A DNA stretch of 64,000 bases from assembly GCA_964106645.2 (NCBI GenBank), contig OZ067040.1; one strand, given 5' to 3'. This stretch comes from Podarcis pityusensis. Taxonomy: Eukaryota. Below, piece after piece: positions 39,388 to 52,064 of the stretch. Made by a program: the position numbers and the translations under genes. The notes under the pieces are model-generated. The model was not told the origin of the DNA. It saw nothing but the letters and a program-made list of their open reading frames with translations, and ran no database searches. Each line of letters opens with the position of its first letter. Position 1 is the stretch's first letter.

Positions 39388-39513
39388 CTTTGATTTAATC
39401 CTTTGTATACTTTGCTCAACCTCTTCAATATCTTCAGTGTTTTCCAAGCGTTCATAACTAGCATTTCTTGTCCCCTTTATCAGGTTCAGAGGCAAAGCGG
39501 ACATGCCATAAGC
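39388..39513 (-). CDS. LMBRD1: LMBRD1 exon 8 (126 nt)
   Basis: AYGMSALPLNLIKGTRNASYERLENTEDIEEVEQSIQRIKSK; ccccag / gtttgg; contains the YERL sorting motif. Confidence 0.97.
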
Positions 39514-40204
39514 CTGGGGGGAGGAAATGCAAAGATGGTTTTAATTCTCAATTGTAAGTGATCACCTTGACACAAAACATTGATCAGTATCCTAGAACCA
39601 ACACAGAAAGTAGTTGTTTTATTCATATTCTGCCCATCAGACCAATCTCAGCACGATATAATGAATATGGTATTGGACAACTAGTGGGTGCTTAGTTAGT
39701 CAAACAAATTATATACCTCTTAACTGCAACAATCTCTACCTCAATCATCTTAGAGATCAATGGAGGATGGAGGAGAAACTTAGCATTTGGAAGACAATTA
39801 ACTATAGCTGGTATGAAAAACTGTAGCTACTTATTCAGACGTGCTGTAAATTTTGAGAAAGGAAGGTTACATGCTCAGCTGTAGTCCAATTTTAGAGGCT
39901 GAGGAACTTGGCAAGCAATAAAGCTGCAAAGGGATACAGTACAAGACTGGCAGTAGTCCATAAGAAAAATGGAAAATCTTATAAACAAAAAAAAGGAGAC
40001 TGCAAAATTATAAAAAGCAATAAAAATGAGGACTCTGTACATCTAAGGAAAGGGGAGAAAATAAAAAAACTGGCAGTTTGACAAACATAGATAAAGTATA
40101 CAAGTTTCTAGAGCAACAATTCTTTTTTTAAAAGTTGTAGGAGACGAGGAAGGAGAAATGAAAGACAGGAATGAGAGAATAGAAATTCCTTGTGGAATGG
40201 TTTG

Positions 40205-40765
40205 ATCGTTTTCATATTTTTTTTTACTATATATAACAATAACACGAACAATAAAATCGGCAACATAAAAATTCAGTAGTCAGCAACGTAAAAATTCAGT
40301 ACAACCTTCTGCTTATGAGAGCAAAGAAGTAGATAGGTAAATGGGTCTGTTGTGGGGTACAGGCAGGCAGTTGAGGTAATGAGCAGAAGAGAATAAAGGT
40401 CTTATCACTCTACACTGCTAGGGGTTTGTTCTCATTTGTTAGTTTATAAATGGCTAGTATCTCCATGAACACCTCATAAAATAGGTATAGATTCCAGAAG
40501 CGGACATGCTATTTTGGCACTTGTGCATCTACATAATCCTTATCAATAAAGGAAAGAGTCTTGCCAAGTTTTATGAAAGGAGTCTGCGGCTTTGTGGTTT
40601 CTTGATGTCCTCAAATGGTTTGTTAGTTCTTCCATAATAGTTAGGTTTTGGGGGTTTTAAAACTAAAGTTGGATGGTGAGTTTCCCAATGGTCAGTAATC
40701 GTGAGATAGTGCTGCCATCAACATTTCTTTAGAGGGAGCCTCTCTGTTGCCCCCCCGAGAAAATA
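40205..40765 (-). mobile_element. Degraded L1/Tx1-type LINE 3' end
   Basis: Frameshifted LTITDHW...IMEELTNHLRTSRNHKAADSFHKTWQDSFLY resembles the L1 ORF2 C-terminus; A-rich tail near 40217. Confidence 0.55.
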
Positions 40766-41420
40766 GAAAGTAATGCCTATATTTTAAAAACTAATTATTT
40801 GTAACCCACCGTTAATTCCTATCTACATGCCACTTTTCAGCAAAAGCAACATCATTAAGACGTCGTTAAAAAATAAAAACTGTAAAAACAATTAGTTCAC
40901 ACCCCAGATAAAACAGAAACCACAGCATTATTCACTAAAAGCCTGGGCAAATAAGTTTTGAGCTGGCATACAGAGCTCAGTTGCCTAGCACCTATGTAAC
41001 TATTTGTAGGGAATGTGTTCCACCACAGATAAAGCCTTGCTCTTAATCTTCCTCTAAAGAAGAATTTAAGAACTGGAGCAAAGGAATACCTAGTAATTTA
41101 GAAAGCACATAAAATAAAGCCTGTGAAATGGAAAGAAAATGTTTAATATACCCTTCCCACCCCCACCCCCCAAAAGACAGTAACCTATAAAGCAATTCCA
41201 GTTATGACAGGAAGGGGTGGAAGAATTAAATTGAAGCGCAGGTGTTTTGTTCAAGATGAGTGACATGACAGTATATAGGGAGGGGAGAAGCTAACTTATA
41301 TTGGTCTTTAAAAAAGAAAATAACCATATATTTGAAAATACAGTATATTCCCAAGCATTAAAAAAATATAATACAGAAAGGATGAGTAAAAACAGACTAT
41401 GAAGCTTATAATAATCTCAA

Positions 41421-41458
41421 GTATCTGAAGAAGTATGCATGCACATGAAAGCTTATAC
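41421..41458 (+). ncRNA. Minimal type I hammerhead ribozyme motif (partly decayed)
   Basis: Stem I GUAU/AUAC, CUGAAGA, stem II GUAUG-CAUG-CACAU, GAAA, palindromic stem III AGCU, UH site. Confidence 0.7.
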
Positions 41459-41551
41459 CAAGAACAAACTTAGTTGGTCTCTAAGGTGCTACTAGGAAAT
41501 TTTAAAATATATTTTGACTGTGTCAGACCAACACGGCTACCTACCTGAATC
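41422..41551 (+). mobile_element. Penelope-like element pseudo-LTR piece with 12-bp TSD
   Basis: AATAATCTCAAG at 41410-41421 and 41552-41563. The interior (CTGAAGAAGT...GAAAGCT...GTTGGTCTCTAAGGTGCTAC...AACACGGCTAC) has the vertebrate PLE pLTR layout. Confidence 0.85.
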
Positions 41552-41599
41552 AATAATCTCAAGGGTTATTCAAAATCTGTTAGCATTTGGTCACGAGTA

Positions 41600-41825
41600 C
41601 AGTGGTACCTCGGGTTAAGTACTTAATTGGTTCCGGAGGTCCGTTCTTAACCTGAAACTGTTCTTAACCTGAAGCACCACTTTAGCTAATGGGACCTCCC
41701 GCTGCTGCCACGCCGCCGGAGCACGATTTCTGTTTTCAGCCTGAAGCAAAGTTCTTAATCTGAGGTACTATTTCTGGGTTAGCGGAGTCTGTAACCTGAA
41801 GCGTATGTAACCCGAGGTACCACTG
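41600..41825. mobile_element. Tigger/pogo-like MITE, 226 bp
   Basis: Perfect 18-bp TIR CAGTGGTACCTCGGGTTA, TA TSD, repeated TAACCTGA motifs. Confidence 0.93.
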
Positions 41826-44800
41826 TATGGGGCTTAATATTATTTAAGATGAGGTGGCAACAGGTTGCTTTTCCTCTTTAGACAAGAGAAAAGGCTTTGC
41901 TTCTTCAACTCTCAGAGCAGCCTGGTGGTGTTCCCATTTGCTGCAGAGTGGCCCCAAGAGCAGGATGCTATGTCATGATGTAGAATCATTCCCAAGAGAT
42001 TATTTTCCATTTTGGTGCTGGTGGTGGAATATTGTAAGAGGTGAAACCCAACGATACCAGGTATTAATATCAGTCGAAAGTAGAGTGACAAAAATGTGTG
42101 AAAATAGGTTGCAGTTTGGGAGGGGGGTTAATAGCATTTCTAAATTATACTGAAGGGGAAAAACTTGGAACTGTTTATCAGACAGTAAAGATATACAGCC
42201 ATAAACTGTACAACCCTCCAAGGGTAACTGAGGAATGGAGGCTGTTTATCCAGAAAGCAAAAGCTATAAAAATGCCAGAAGCAAAGATGGCATGTATGTG
42301 CACACACATTATTGAAAACTAAAAAAAGAGGAAACGGTGTAACAGAAATGAGATCATGGTGATAAATCCTGATACGAATTATGTAAGTAAATAACAATAA
42401 GGCACTGGGGCATTTCCCACTCAAAGAAAAATTTCTTTGGACTATCTCAAATTCTCAATTGACTCAAATTTTATCAGCCAATTGCATCTCCCTCTTTTCA
42501 GTTTCGTTTTTGAAAATAAATTTTCCACTTACCCAGGATCAACTGCACTGCTGTGGAAATTCAAAAAGAGATAAATGGCGTATCACAGCTGTATATGAGC
42601 TCCATTTTACCATCTATATCTTACAACAGTATTGCTCCTTGACTCCAGCTAAGCCTATTGAATTGGCAGAGTTTAAGGCCAAAATATAAGTAACTCCTTT
42701 ACTCTCATACAAGCAGCATCCAACAAAACTGCCTTTATTCACGGAACAGCAGCTCTCCAGAGCCATACTCCCATAGCTTGTGAAATGCCAATTTCAAGCA
42801 GAATATTGCAAAAGGGATCTGGCCAAAACTATTGATCTTCTCCATCATCAGTTAAGCTAGGGCCTTAAAACTTTGCATGAGAAATTGGTAGTGATGGACA
42901 ACCTGTTTTTTCAGGAAAACTTGAATACCATTTTCTCAAAGTCCGCCTTTCATCTAAAACTGGCTGCCCAAGATGCTTACAACAATTAAAAATCCATTAT
43001 TAAGATAAAAAAAAAACAAGGACTAAGGAATATATGTGCATAAGGCTCTTTATGGCAGTCCATATTCCAGGCCTTGCCCTATGAAGAGGGGGCAGAAGGA
43101 GCTGAAGGGTAGACTCAGGCACTGGCTGAAAATAAACACGCCAACCTATGGAAGCAGCCCTTTCCTTGGCTTGGTCCCTTCCTCACAGAAGCTGGGCTGC
43201 AATCTCAGATGGAAAACCTCTGATTTAGAGCACAAGAAAATATACTGGCAGCCACCGCTTAGTTTTGATTAAAGGTGCAATGCTTGTGCTTTTTGTTCCA
43301 GTACTAGTAAATATCATAACCATTAAGTCCCAACAGCTACTAATAATGCCCATTTTCCAAATGTGTGGCAGTCACTGAAAGTGCCACTTGTTAATTAAAC
43401 CTGTAACTTCAAGTACAATTACTGCTTGGCAATAACTGTTGTGTTTTGAAATGAATACAAACTATTTGTTAGGTTTTTTTAGAATGCATAACATGCAATT
43501 TTAGACTATATAAAGCACTAAACTGAACACAAAATACTTTCAAGATGCAATTCCTGCCCTGCAATATATTTACTGCCCACATCTGCCCTCTAGCGAAGCT
43601 GCACACAATACACAAGTAGCACAGGAAGGTGGTGAATAAAATCCCTGTTACATTGAAGTTGATGCAAGCTGTGTCCATTTTTTGAATATGTAAAGAGCGT
43701 TTCTAAATAGAAAATGCTGCCTTTTGTCTCTTAATCTCTTCAGTAGGAAAATGATTCCATTTCTGAATGGCTATAAGCTAACCTGTAGTGAAGACGACAA
43801 TTCTCAAAAGGTGAGAACTATGCAGTCCATCATTTGCACATCTTCTCTATTAATTTTTTCTAGCAGAATGACAGCAAAAAAATGAAGGGGCTCAGCTTTC
43901 CTATGTAACAAATATGCACTAATGTGAACATTTAGAGGAAGGATCATTTGGATCATAAATTTAGCAAATGCATAAATAAAAAAGAAAGAGTACAGTACAT
44001 AGAAAATAAGCCTTCCGAAATGTGGCAAGGCAGTTGATGCAGGGGGGAAACAGAACAGCCTTAGACAGCCCTGTATGAAGGAATTGCTCAATTCTGGCAT
44101 GCTCGGCATAACAAAAAATATTTGCTGCTAAGAGAACTTGTTCCAAAGAATAGAAAGACATTTCACCTGTGCTTCTCTACCACATGTGTTGTGAAGGCAG
44201 TAGCAGAATCCAGACTTCCCTTGACTGTTATCTATTGTGTCTACCTTAAGGTTTCCTACCTTAAAAGTGTCTGTTCATGATCATGATACAACACACTGTG
44301 TTCATACACATTGACAGTCCCTACATCTTAACCAAGGACATTTTCTCAATACATGTCAGATTCCTTCAACAACAAAAATCTAAATCCTTCTCCATTGTTT
44401 TCCTTGGATCTCTGTGCCCTCCATTCCCCCCCCCCACTCTCCACAATGTATTTTCATTTAGACCACAAGCCTATGATCAGTTTCCGAAGTTATTTGTATT
44501 ATCTTTTTCCTGATTAAATAATTATTAATTTAAGCAAATGTATTGCACGTTTTGGTAGCATAGTTGTGAACATGCACAGTATGATTAGAGCACAGGACAA
44601 TAGTAGTAAAATAATGTATCTTGCTGTAGTCTACAGTCTCTCGTTTCCTCACATGGTACCACCAGCTCCTTGAGAGATCAGGCACTAGAAAGGATGGGAG
44701 GGGATTCTACCTGAATTTACACTGCTATACAGAAGAAATAATATAATGAGAATATGTTAAGAGTCCAAAGATCAAGTTCAGTTTAAGTAGAAGATATGCA

Positions 44801-46406
44801 TTACGAAAGTCATACTAGTTTACTAGCAATATTATCCTATACTTGGCAGACAAAACATTCAATTACAGTGCAATTACACGCCCATGCCTGCCTATTGTAT
44901 TTCTGTAGCCTTTCAGGGAGAAATATCAATTGAAAGAAACCCCACTAGATATTAGGGCATCCCCAGAGCTATGCAGAATGTACATGTCCTCCCCAAACTT
45001 AGTTTGCCCAAAAGGACAATGATACAATTTAATATTCTAATAATTTTAAACTATGCTGACATTTACAAAATGAATGATACATTTTGTAGAATAATTTAAG
45101 GCAAGTAAAGTATTGGCTATCACAAAGTTTTTGTGAACTAGTAATAACGGAAAAGGTCACTTAAAAGTTGCAGCCTACATATTCAAATGTATCTTTTGTA
45201 TTTTTGCATCTTTTTAATCAGCACTGGAGTGCTTACCTACAGTGACATTTTCATAGAGATGCAAACATTATTAAATGTTTTGGAAAAACTAAAGCCACTT
45301 ACATGTACCCTTCAAGAACAAAGAAGCAGGGGAAAGAATCAATCACGTTCATCACAGCAAAAGCTATACTGTTTTACCTTGACTTCAAATAGCAGCACAA
45401 AGCTGGTGAGAGGTTCACTACTAATACCCAAGGTTATCTAAAATCATTTAAATGCAGAATATATTTAAAGCAAGCAATGTTTGTGATACAGCTTCTAACA
45501 AAGGGTAACAGGTAGCCATGTTAGCCCATAAGAAGAAAAAGAAGCAAAATCCATATGATTTATTAGGACAAACAAAATGTCACAAAATATACAAGCTTTT
45601 GAGTTCTCCAGCAAACAAGGTATTAAAAAAGAGAAGAAAAACAAAGATTGTTTGTTGTCAAGCCATCTATGTCTGCATCTGCTCCCTCCTCCCACACTCT
45701 TAAGACTCTTGTATTTTAACCATCTGGCCTGTTGAAGAGTTCTGGAGTAACTGCAAGCTTGCACCCTACTTCATGACATTTTGGTTGGCCTAATTAGCCG
45801 ATGGGGTTTCTAGCCAGCCCTTATTTATCATTTATGGTGAGGCTCCATGTTTAGAGGTGGTTAACGTGAGTACAAGTTAAGGGCAGATTTGTGGAGTGTC
45901 TACCCTTCCGTATCCCAAATATAAGGAAAATATTGCTACCGTTCAATCAAAATATGAGAGAGATTCAATTTTGGCTGTGAAAGAAATCAAAGTAACATAT
46001 ATCCTGTTAAACACTGCAATGAACAACACACCAGGCCAAGCAGTAAACGTTTTTTCTAAAAACGTTTACACTTGCACAGAGATTCCTTGCGAAGAATACA
46101 ACCTAGCTCAACTGGATGGTTTGCTGGATTTCAGAAGTTTGCACAGGAAGGCCCCAAGCTTAACAGTGTTTCAAAATGGTCCCTTAAGATCACTCACATC
46201 TCATAAAGTGTTTTGAACAATAGCATAAAAGGCCTGCAAAATCAGACCAATGGTCCTCCTAGTCCAGCAATGTACACCTTAACTCTGACGGTAAGGAGAC
46301 CACAAGAAAAAAATAATCTGTGTTCATAAATGAGGCTCAAAAACAAGCAAGCGAAACCTTTGCACACATAAGCCCTACCACCACAACCATTGAATGAACA
46401 CACACA

Positions 46407-46440
46407 CAAACAAACAAACAAACAAACAAACAAACAAACA
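46407..46440. repeat. (CAAA)n microsatellite
   Basis: Direct observation. Confidence 0.95.
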
Positions 46441-47729
46441 GCAAACCGATAGGTGAGCACAAAGGCACCCTTCCCACACAGAAAAGCCACTTCTCAATAA
46501 CGCAATCCCATGGCACTGGGGAGTTTTTGTGCTGTGTGTGTATTTATTAAACAATCATGTGGGTGGATCCAACTGCAGGGGTCTTACTTCCTCAGGTGGC
46601 GAATACATCAAATGAAAAATGCTTTTTAAACGCTAGGATTTTGTATGCATTCATGTGCTTACACACATTTTCTCCATAAAACTCTTAAAAGCGCTGCAAA
46701 TGTAAGGCAGCATATGTTTATTTCCATCACACAGACAGGGAGTATGGTAGAACTGGAAGAAGCATAATTGCCACTCACCGATTGTATTTTGTTTTTGTTT
46801 TTTTAATAATGCAGCTTGCAGTGGACGTGTGCTGCTGGCCAATGAGACTGGTATAAAGTTCTCTAAATTGTTCTTTGCTTGACGAAGGAACAGTTACCAG
46901 AATAAACTGTTTATATAAGTATTAAAAGATTACTTTGTGAAACAGAGCTTGCTATAGTGAAAGCTTTTAATCAGTAAAGACTTTGGCCAAGATGCTGAGA
47001 AGGTCAATATTCAGAATACAGAGATCTATAACCGTAATCCCACTTCATACCCTCAGCTCTGACACATTGACTTAGGGATGGCATCAAAATTCTGCTGACT
47101 ATAGTGTTGAGTCAGGAAGACATCACATCTGCACAATTCATTTTAAAACCTTTCTCTGCCAAGGTACTAACTTTTGAGAAACTGCAACCATAGTTTACTA
47201 CCATTTTAAGGCAAGGAACAAAACTTATTCACACATGAACATATATATTTAGAAGAATTTAGATCATTCTTTTATCATCTATCACCGTTTCTGTCATCTA
47301 GAAACTCTAAAACAAGAGTTTACTATTTAACAGATTATAATCTCCACAAAATTCTTAGGTTCATCAATACTTCTGACAGGAATCGTAAAGCTCAATCATG
47401 CTCAACTAAATCAGGCTTCATGGTAAAAAGCTGCCACTATGCACAATGTTAAGAAAAGTGTTTTAAACAGTTTTGAAAGGGAAAGTATTTAATGGGGGGG
47501 GGGTTCCAGAGTCTAGACATTTTCTTTTGAAGGCTAAAGCATAATAGAGACACGAACTAAACTCGAAAACATTTACCTGCAACTCAACTATTCCAAGTCA
47601 CATTTGTTACTCCAACACAACTGAAAGCATTGGCTTTCAGTATAGATTAAGGTCTGCGAAAAGACTTCCAAGTTGTTGCAGCTGAAGCAAACCTCAAAAT
47701 GAACACAAGACAAAAAGATGAATACTTAC

Positions 47730-47803
47730 TGTATATGTAACAGCTGCCACCATTCCAATAAGGGTCAAAGAACTTATAGAGAAGGATAAGGCTGCCAAAC
47801 CAT
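47730..47803 (-). CDS. LMBRD1: LMBRD1 exon 7 (74 nt)
   Basis: (H)GLAALSFSISSLTLIGMVAAVTYT; ttacag / gtaagt. Confidence 0.97.
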
Positions 47804-47898
47804 CTGTAAGACAAATGGGAAATGCTTTGCTGAAATTCACATTAAGGAACATTTGTTCCCTCCCCCCCCCCCCCCTTTTTCACTGTGTGTGTCATCTT

Positions 47899-48262
47899 TA
47901 AACGTAAAGGACCCCTGACAGTTGAGTCCAGTCGCAAACAACTCTGGGGTTGCGGTGCTCATCTCGCTCTACTGGCCAAGGGAGCCGACGCTTGTCCACA
48001 GACAGTTTTTCCGGCTCATGTGGCCAGCATGACTAAGCCGCTTCTGGCGAAACCAGAGCAGTGCACGGAAACGCCGTTTACCTTCCCGCCAGAGCGGTAC
48101 CTATTTATCTACTTGCACTTTGACATGCTTTTGAACTGGTAGGTGGGCAGGAGCTGGGACCGAGCAACGGGAGCTCACCCCATCGAGGGGATTTGAACCG
48201 CCGACCTTCCGATCGGCAAGCCCAAGGCTGTGTGGTTTACACTACAGCGCCACCCGCGTCCC
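47899..48262 (-). mobile_element. Full-length Sauria SINE, second subfamily
   Basis: Head GGGACGCGGGTGGCGCTGTAGT, B box GGTTCAAATCC; body collinear with 34656-35010. Confidence 0.92.
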
Positions 48263-48732
48263 TAGGAAACAGCATAAACAGATATAGAAACATATGCACA
48301 GATCAAAAATAAAATTTCAGCTGCAAGGTTATTCTAGACACAGGACTTACAATATAAATGCTTTTACCATCGTCCAACACAATGGAATGACAGCCTAAGT
48401 AAGCAAAACGAAGAGTACACCGTCATGACGTTAAGAGTTTAGAAAATCAATGTCAGCAGTTGTTTCTGGCTGCAGGTTTTTGCCTTAAAATTTGGCATTC
48501 CCTGCATCTAGCCTTTCTGGGGTCATGAATGTGGTCCATGTGGGCACAGTGAAAAAGTGACCAATGGGGATAGTGCCCAGGACACTCTCAACATTCCAAA
48601 CATGTAACTCCTTGGAGCAACACTATAACTTACAAGATTCTTAAAGATGAATGGAATAGTCCAATGAAAACTTAATGTCTTATTTGGAGTAAGGTTATAC
48701 AAAATTATTCACTTCTTAGGTCTCTAACTTAC

Positions 48733-48821
48733 GGCTGCTTCCAAGCTCTTCAAACAAAAGTTTCACTTTCTCCCATTCCGTTGTATTTTTTTGGTTAGGA
48801 ATATTCAATGGAACAAAGGCT
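48733..48821 (-). CDS. LMBRD1: LMBRD1 exon 6 (89 nt)
   Basis: AFVPLNIPNQKNTTEWEKVKLLFEELGSS; tgttag / gtaagt. Confidence 0.97.
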
Positions 48822-50692
48822 CTAACAAGGAGGAAAAAATAAAAATGTTATTCTCTGATAGTTACTTTGCAAAATACACTACATCAAGAATACAAATGGT
48901 CTTTACAATACTAGGATGGTGACAGGGCTGATCCACATTACCATGGAAATTTTTACAGCCTTCTGCACTACATTTCGGTGTTCCTAACAAAAATGGTTTG
49001 AAAAGATTAACTCCATATTGATTTCACAATATCTGGTGACCAAAGCAGAGGTTTCTGAAAAGCCAGTCAAATACAGAGAGAGTGAACATTTCAGAACATC
49101 AACTATTTATTGAAACTGAGCTTTGCTACAGTTTGTGACAAATACAAAGAGATACTCAACTAATGCTTACTAAGAGGAAACCTTCTGAAATCATTAATTT
49201 AAGTTACTTGTGCACACTAATTTCAATGAGTGAGAACGGCCAACATTGGCTATCAACTAAAAACACTTAAAAAGACTATGAAGACCAAACCCTTCCCAAT
49301 AACCCCCCTCCCAAGCTTTGAAGGCATTCCTAAATTAAATACAGAAAACAATCTACAAAGCTAAAATGAGGGAATTTTATGTCAAAGAAGGATGCACACA
49401 TCTGCGTGGCACTGAAAGCAAGCATTTTAGCTGACAAACAACAGCTGCGCCACCAACACCCACAGACTTTACAATAATGAGCTGCTACTGCTAGCGAGGG
49501 AGCCTAACTTTGTCCCAGCACACTTCAATCTAAGTGGCGGTACAGGGATGAGGAGAGTTTAACTATTTTAACAATATTGGAAAAGTAGCTGATGCAGCAC
49601 AATGGACACTGTTACTGGAGTTCTTGAGAATACCTAGCATGCTAGAAGAATTACTGCATCCAGTGATAACCAGCAGCATCAGTTGCCTTCCCTTGAAACA
49701 CTGATTGATTGGATGCTCATGATCTTGGCTCATTAAAACGAAATATGAGCCTTTGACCACCATGTAGCCTCGTCGCAAAAGCAAGAAAACAAACCAGGAG
49801 GTCTTCCCTTAACCAAAGCTTTCCATGTCAACTGAACCGGGGGGGGGGGGGCGGGGAACCAGCTTCAGAACAAGACAGGAACTTAAACCATTGGAGGTAG
49901 CTTAATATCCAAAGCCAGGCAGGACTCAAATTCTTCTAAGATCCCTACTGTCAAGGGTGATGATTAAAAATCATTGAGATTAGTAAATGGAGGAGAGAGA
50001 AAAGAAAAACCCTGCTCACCATTCTCTTTATGATGAGAGTACATTTCCTTTTCCATGACAGCATGAAAAGCCGTCTCGCCTCCAAGCTCAGGAAGGGGGC
50101 AGAACCTCGTCCATGCCATGACATTAAGCATAAGGTTGGTAAGCTGCAGACTACCTGCTGAACTTTGAAATAGGCAGCACCAACTTACTGCTGCACTTCG
50201 GACGTGCTTTAAACATCTCAAAAGTTCAGTGTGAACAGATTCATGCCACTAAGGGAGGAGCAAGGTCTGGAAAGCAGAGATTTTGGCTGGCTACCAAGAC
50301 CAAACAACCTTGGTAAATTCCTGAGCAAGACATGGTATTTTAGATACTGCTTGTATTAGGAGGGGAGAAATAGACACACAAATACATGGATGGAATATGC
50401 ATTAAAAATATTTAAAAGTTTCGTAAGAGGGATGAAGTGCAAGTTCAAAGCTGAAAGAGAAGCAGCAGAGAGCACATATAAGAAACAAGAAATTTGGAGA
50501 AACAAAGAGACAGAGCATGAGACATAGATTAGGGAAGAGATAAGAGGCAAGATTATAAAGAGCTTTAAAATGAGAATTGGTTAAATACAGATTTATGGGG
50601 GCTGATATATGAGAGGCAGGTGGTGGTCATTTCAGCAAGCTTGAAAACTACAACATCTTGTGGTATTAGAATGCAGAAACATAACCACTTAC

Positions 50693-50760
50693 CCAATTAG
50701 TAGAAGAGCAGAACAAACCAGAAGAAATCCTAGAGTATACTTGACTGCAATTTTAACCTG
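50693..50760 (-). CDS. LMBRD1: LMBRD1 exon 5 (68 nt)
   Basis: QVKIAVKYTLGFLLVCSALLLI(G); ttacag / gtaagt; tandem CAGCAG acceptor. Confidence 0.95.
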
Positions 50761-51907
50761 CTGTAAAATTAGAACAAAAAGTAAGAATATGTAGAAACTA
50801 ACAATATCTTCAAGCTAATTCTGCCTACTGCATCTGTCTGGATGCCCCACAAAACAGATTTTTTGAAAATTTATATTGAAAATTTAAAAAATTCTCAAGG
50901 ATCTTGATTTCTTCCTGTATATCATTAAATTAAGGTTAATTATGAACTTTTATAAGCTCTGCAGTTCAAGGACAAGATTCAACTAATGGGTCCCACCAGC
51001 TTCTGCTTGCACATTGGGGTTTTCCTCTCCTCCTCCTCCCACCCACTGCCCAAAACTGTCTCTGGAGGGGTTGGGAGAACCCCTGGAACAGCACACGGAG
51101 GAGGGGGGAATTGTTTCCTCTGGAAAGCCAAAATGCTTTCCTGACAGAACAGTAAGAAAAGTGTGACTTTGAATGTCCAATATGCATTAGGCATGCTGTT
51201 TCATGCAGCAAGCACATCAAATGGTACCAATCTTCGCTGCCACTATTTCAGCACAGTTTCTTTAAAAATGAGTAATCTGCACTGCAAATATCTACTACAT
51301 AACAATGGAAAATGAAGAAAGAAAGCTCATTACTGGAAGAGCCTTCTGGATATTTTCCATTAAAATGAAAATGAAAGTTTCCACAGTATTTAGGTTCTCA
51401 TCAATAAAAGAGGATTATATTTTACTTCCAGCTGTTAATTCCTGTTTTCTTGCTTAAGACAATATATAGTTTCTTTAAACTAGAATCTCTCTGTCCCCAC
51501 CATTTAAATAGGGATGTTTTGGTCCCATTTACTTTTTGGCGCCACAAAGGCACTGTTGTCAAGTCAAAGAGGAGAAAAACACAATATTATTTAATGCAAT
51601 AAATTATTCTCACCCTTTAAACTGATTAAATACATTCACATGTAGCTTCTAGAGAAGCACATAAACAGGTCACTCTGTGGTGGCCAAAACTGCTTTCTGT
51701 AGAAATAATTTTTGAAAGCACTTTATCAATGAAAAATTTACTGCATTAATTACTATCCTGCCTCAAAAGTCACGATCGCCAAGCATTTTATAGAAGTACT
51801 GTGGTTACTGCTGCATCTATTCACAAACAGACTTCATGAGCATTTATATACACACAAGTCAATCTCCCTTCACTGACTGTGTTTAGACATGATACTAAAC
51901 CATTGTT

Positions 51908-52064
51908 AAACATAATGTAAGAAGAGTCTTGTTGGGTCAAACCAAAGATGTATCTAGTTCAGCAGTCTGTTCTCACAATAACCAACCAGATGCCTGTGGG
52001 TAGTCCATAAACAGGACCTGAGTGCAATAGCACTCTCCTTCTTGCATTCCCTAGCAACCTATTA
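51908..52064 (-). mobile_element. CR1 LINE 3'UTR fragment
   Basis: AAGAAGAGTCTTGTTGGGTCAAACCAAAGATGTATCTAGTTCAGCA resembles the squamate CR1 3' tail; related pieces at ~28155-28260 and ~46215-46272. Confidence 0.6.

Noticed and set aside
39280-39504. 74-aa ORF MSALPLNLIK... as a standalone gene
   Set aside because: It is LMBRD1 exon 8 running on into intron 8. Likewise the 57460-57747 ORF is exon 3 plus intron.
46588-46693. Possible 106-nt cryptic/poison exon in intron 7 (ttgcag ... gtaaga, minus strand)
   Set aside because: The pyrimidine tract is weak, such site pairs are common in long introns, and no transcript evidence is available.
46835-46860. CCAAT plus TATAAA as an antisense promoter
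   Set aside because: The boxes are only ~8 bp apart, with no CpG island or other support; such words are expected by chance.
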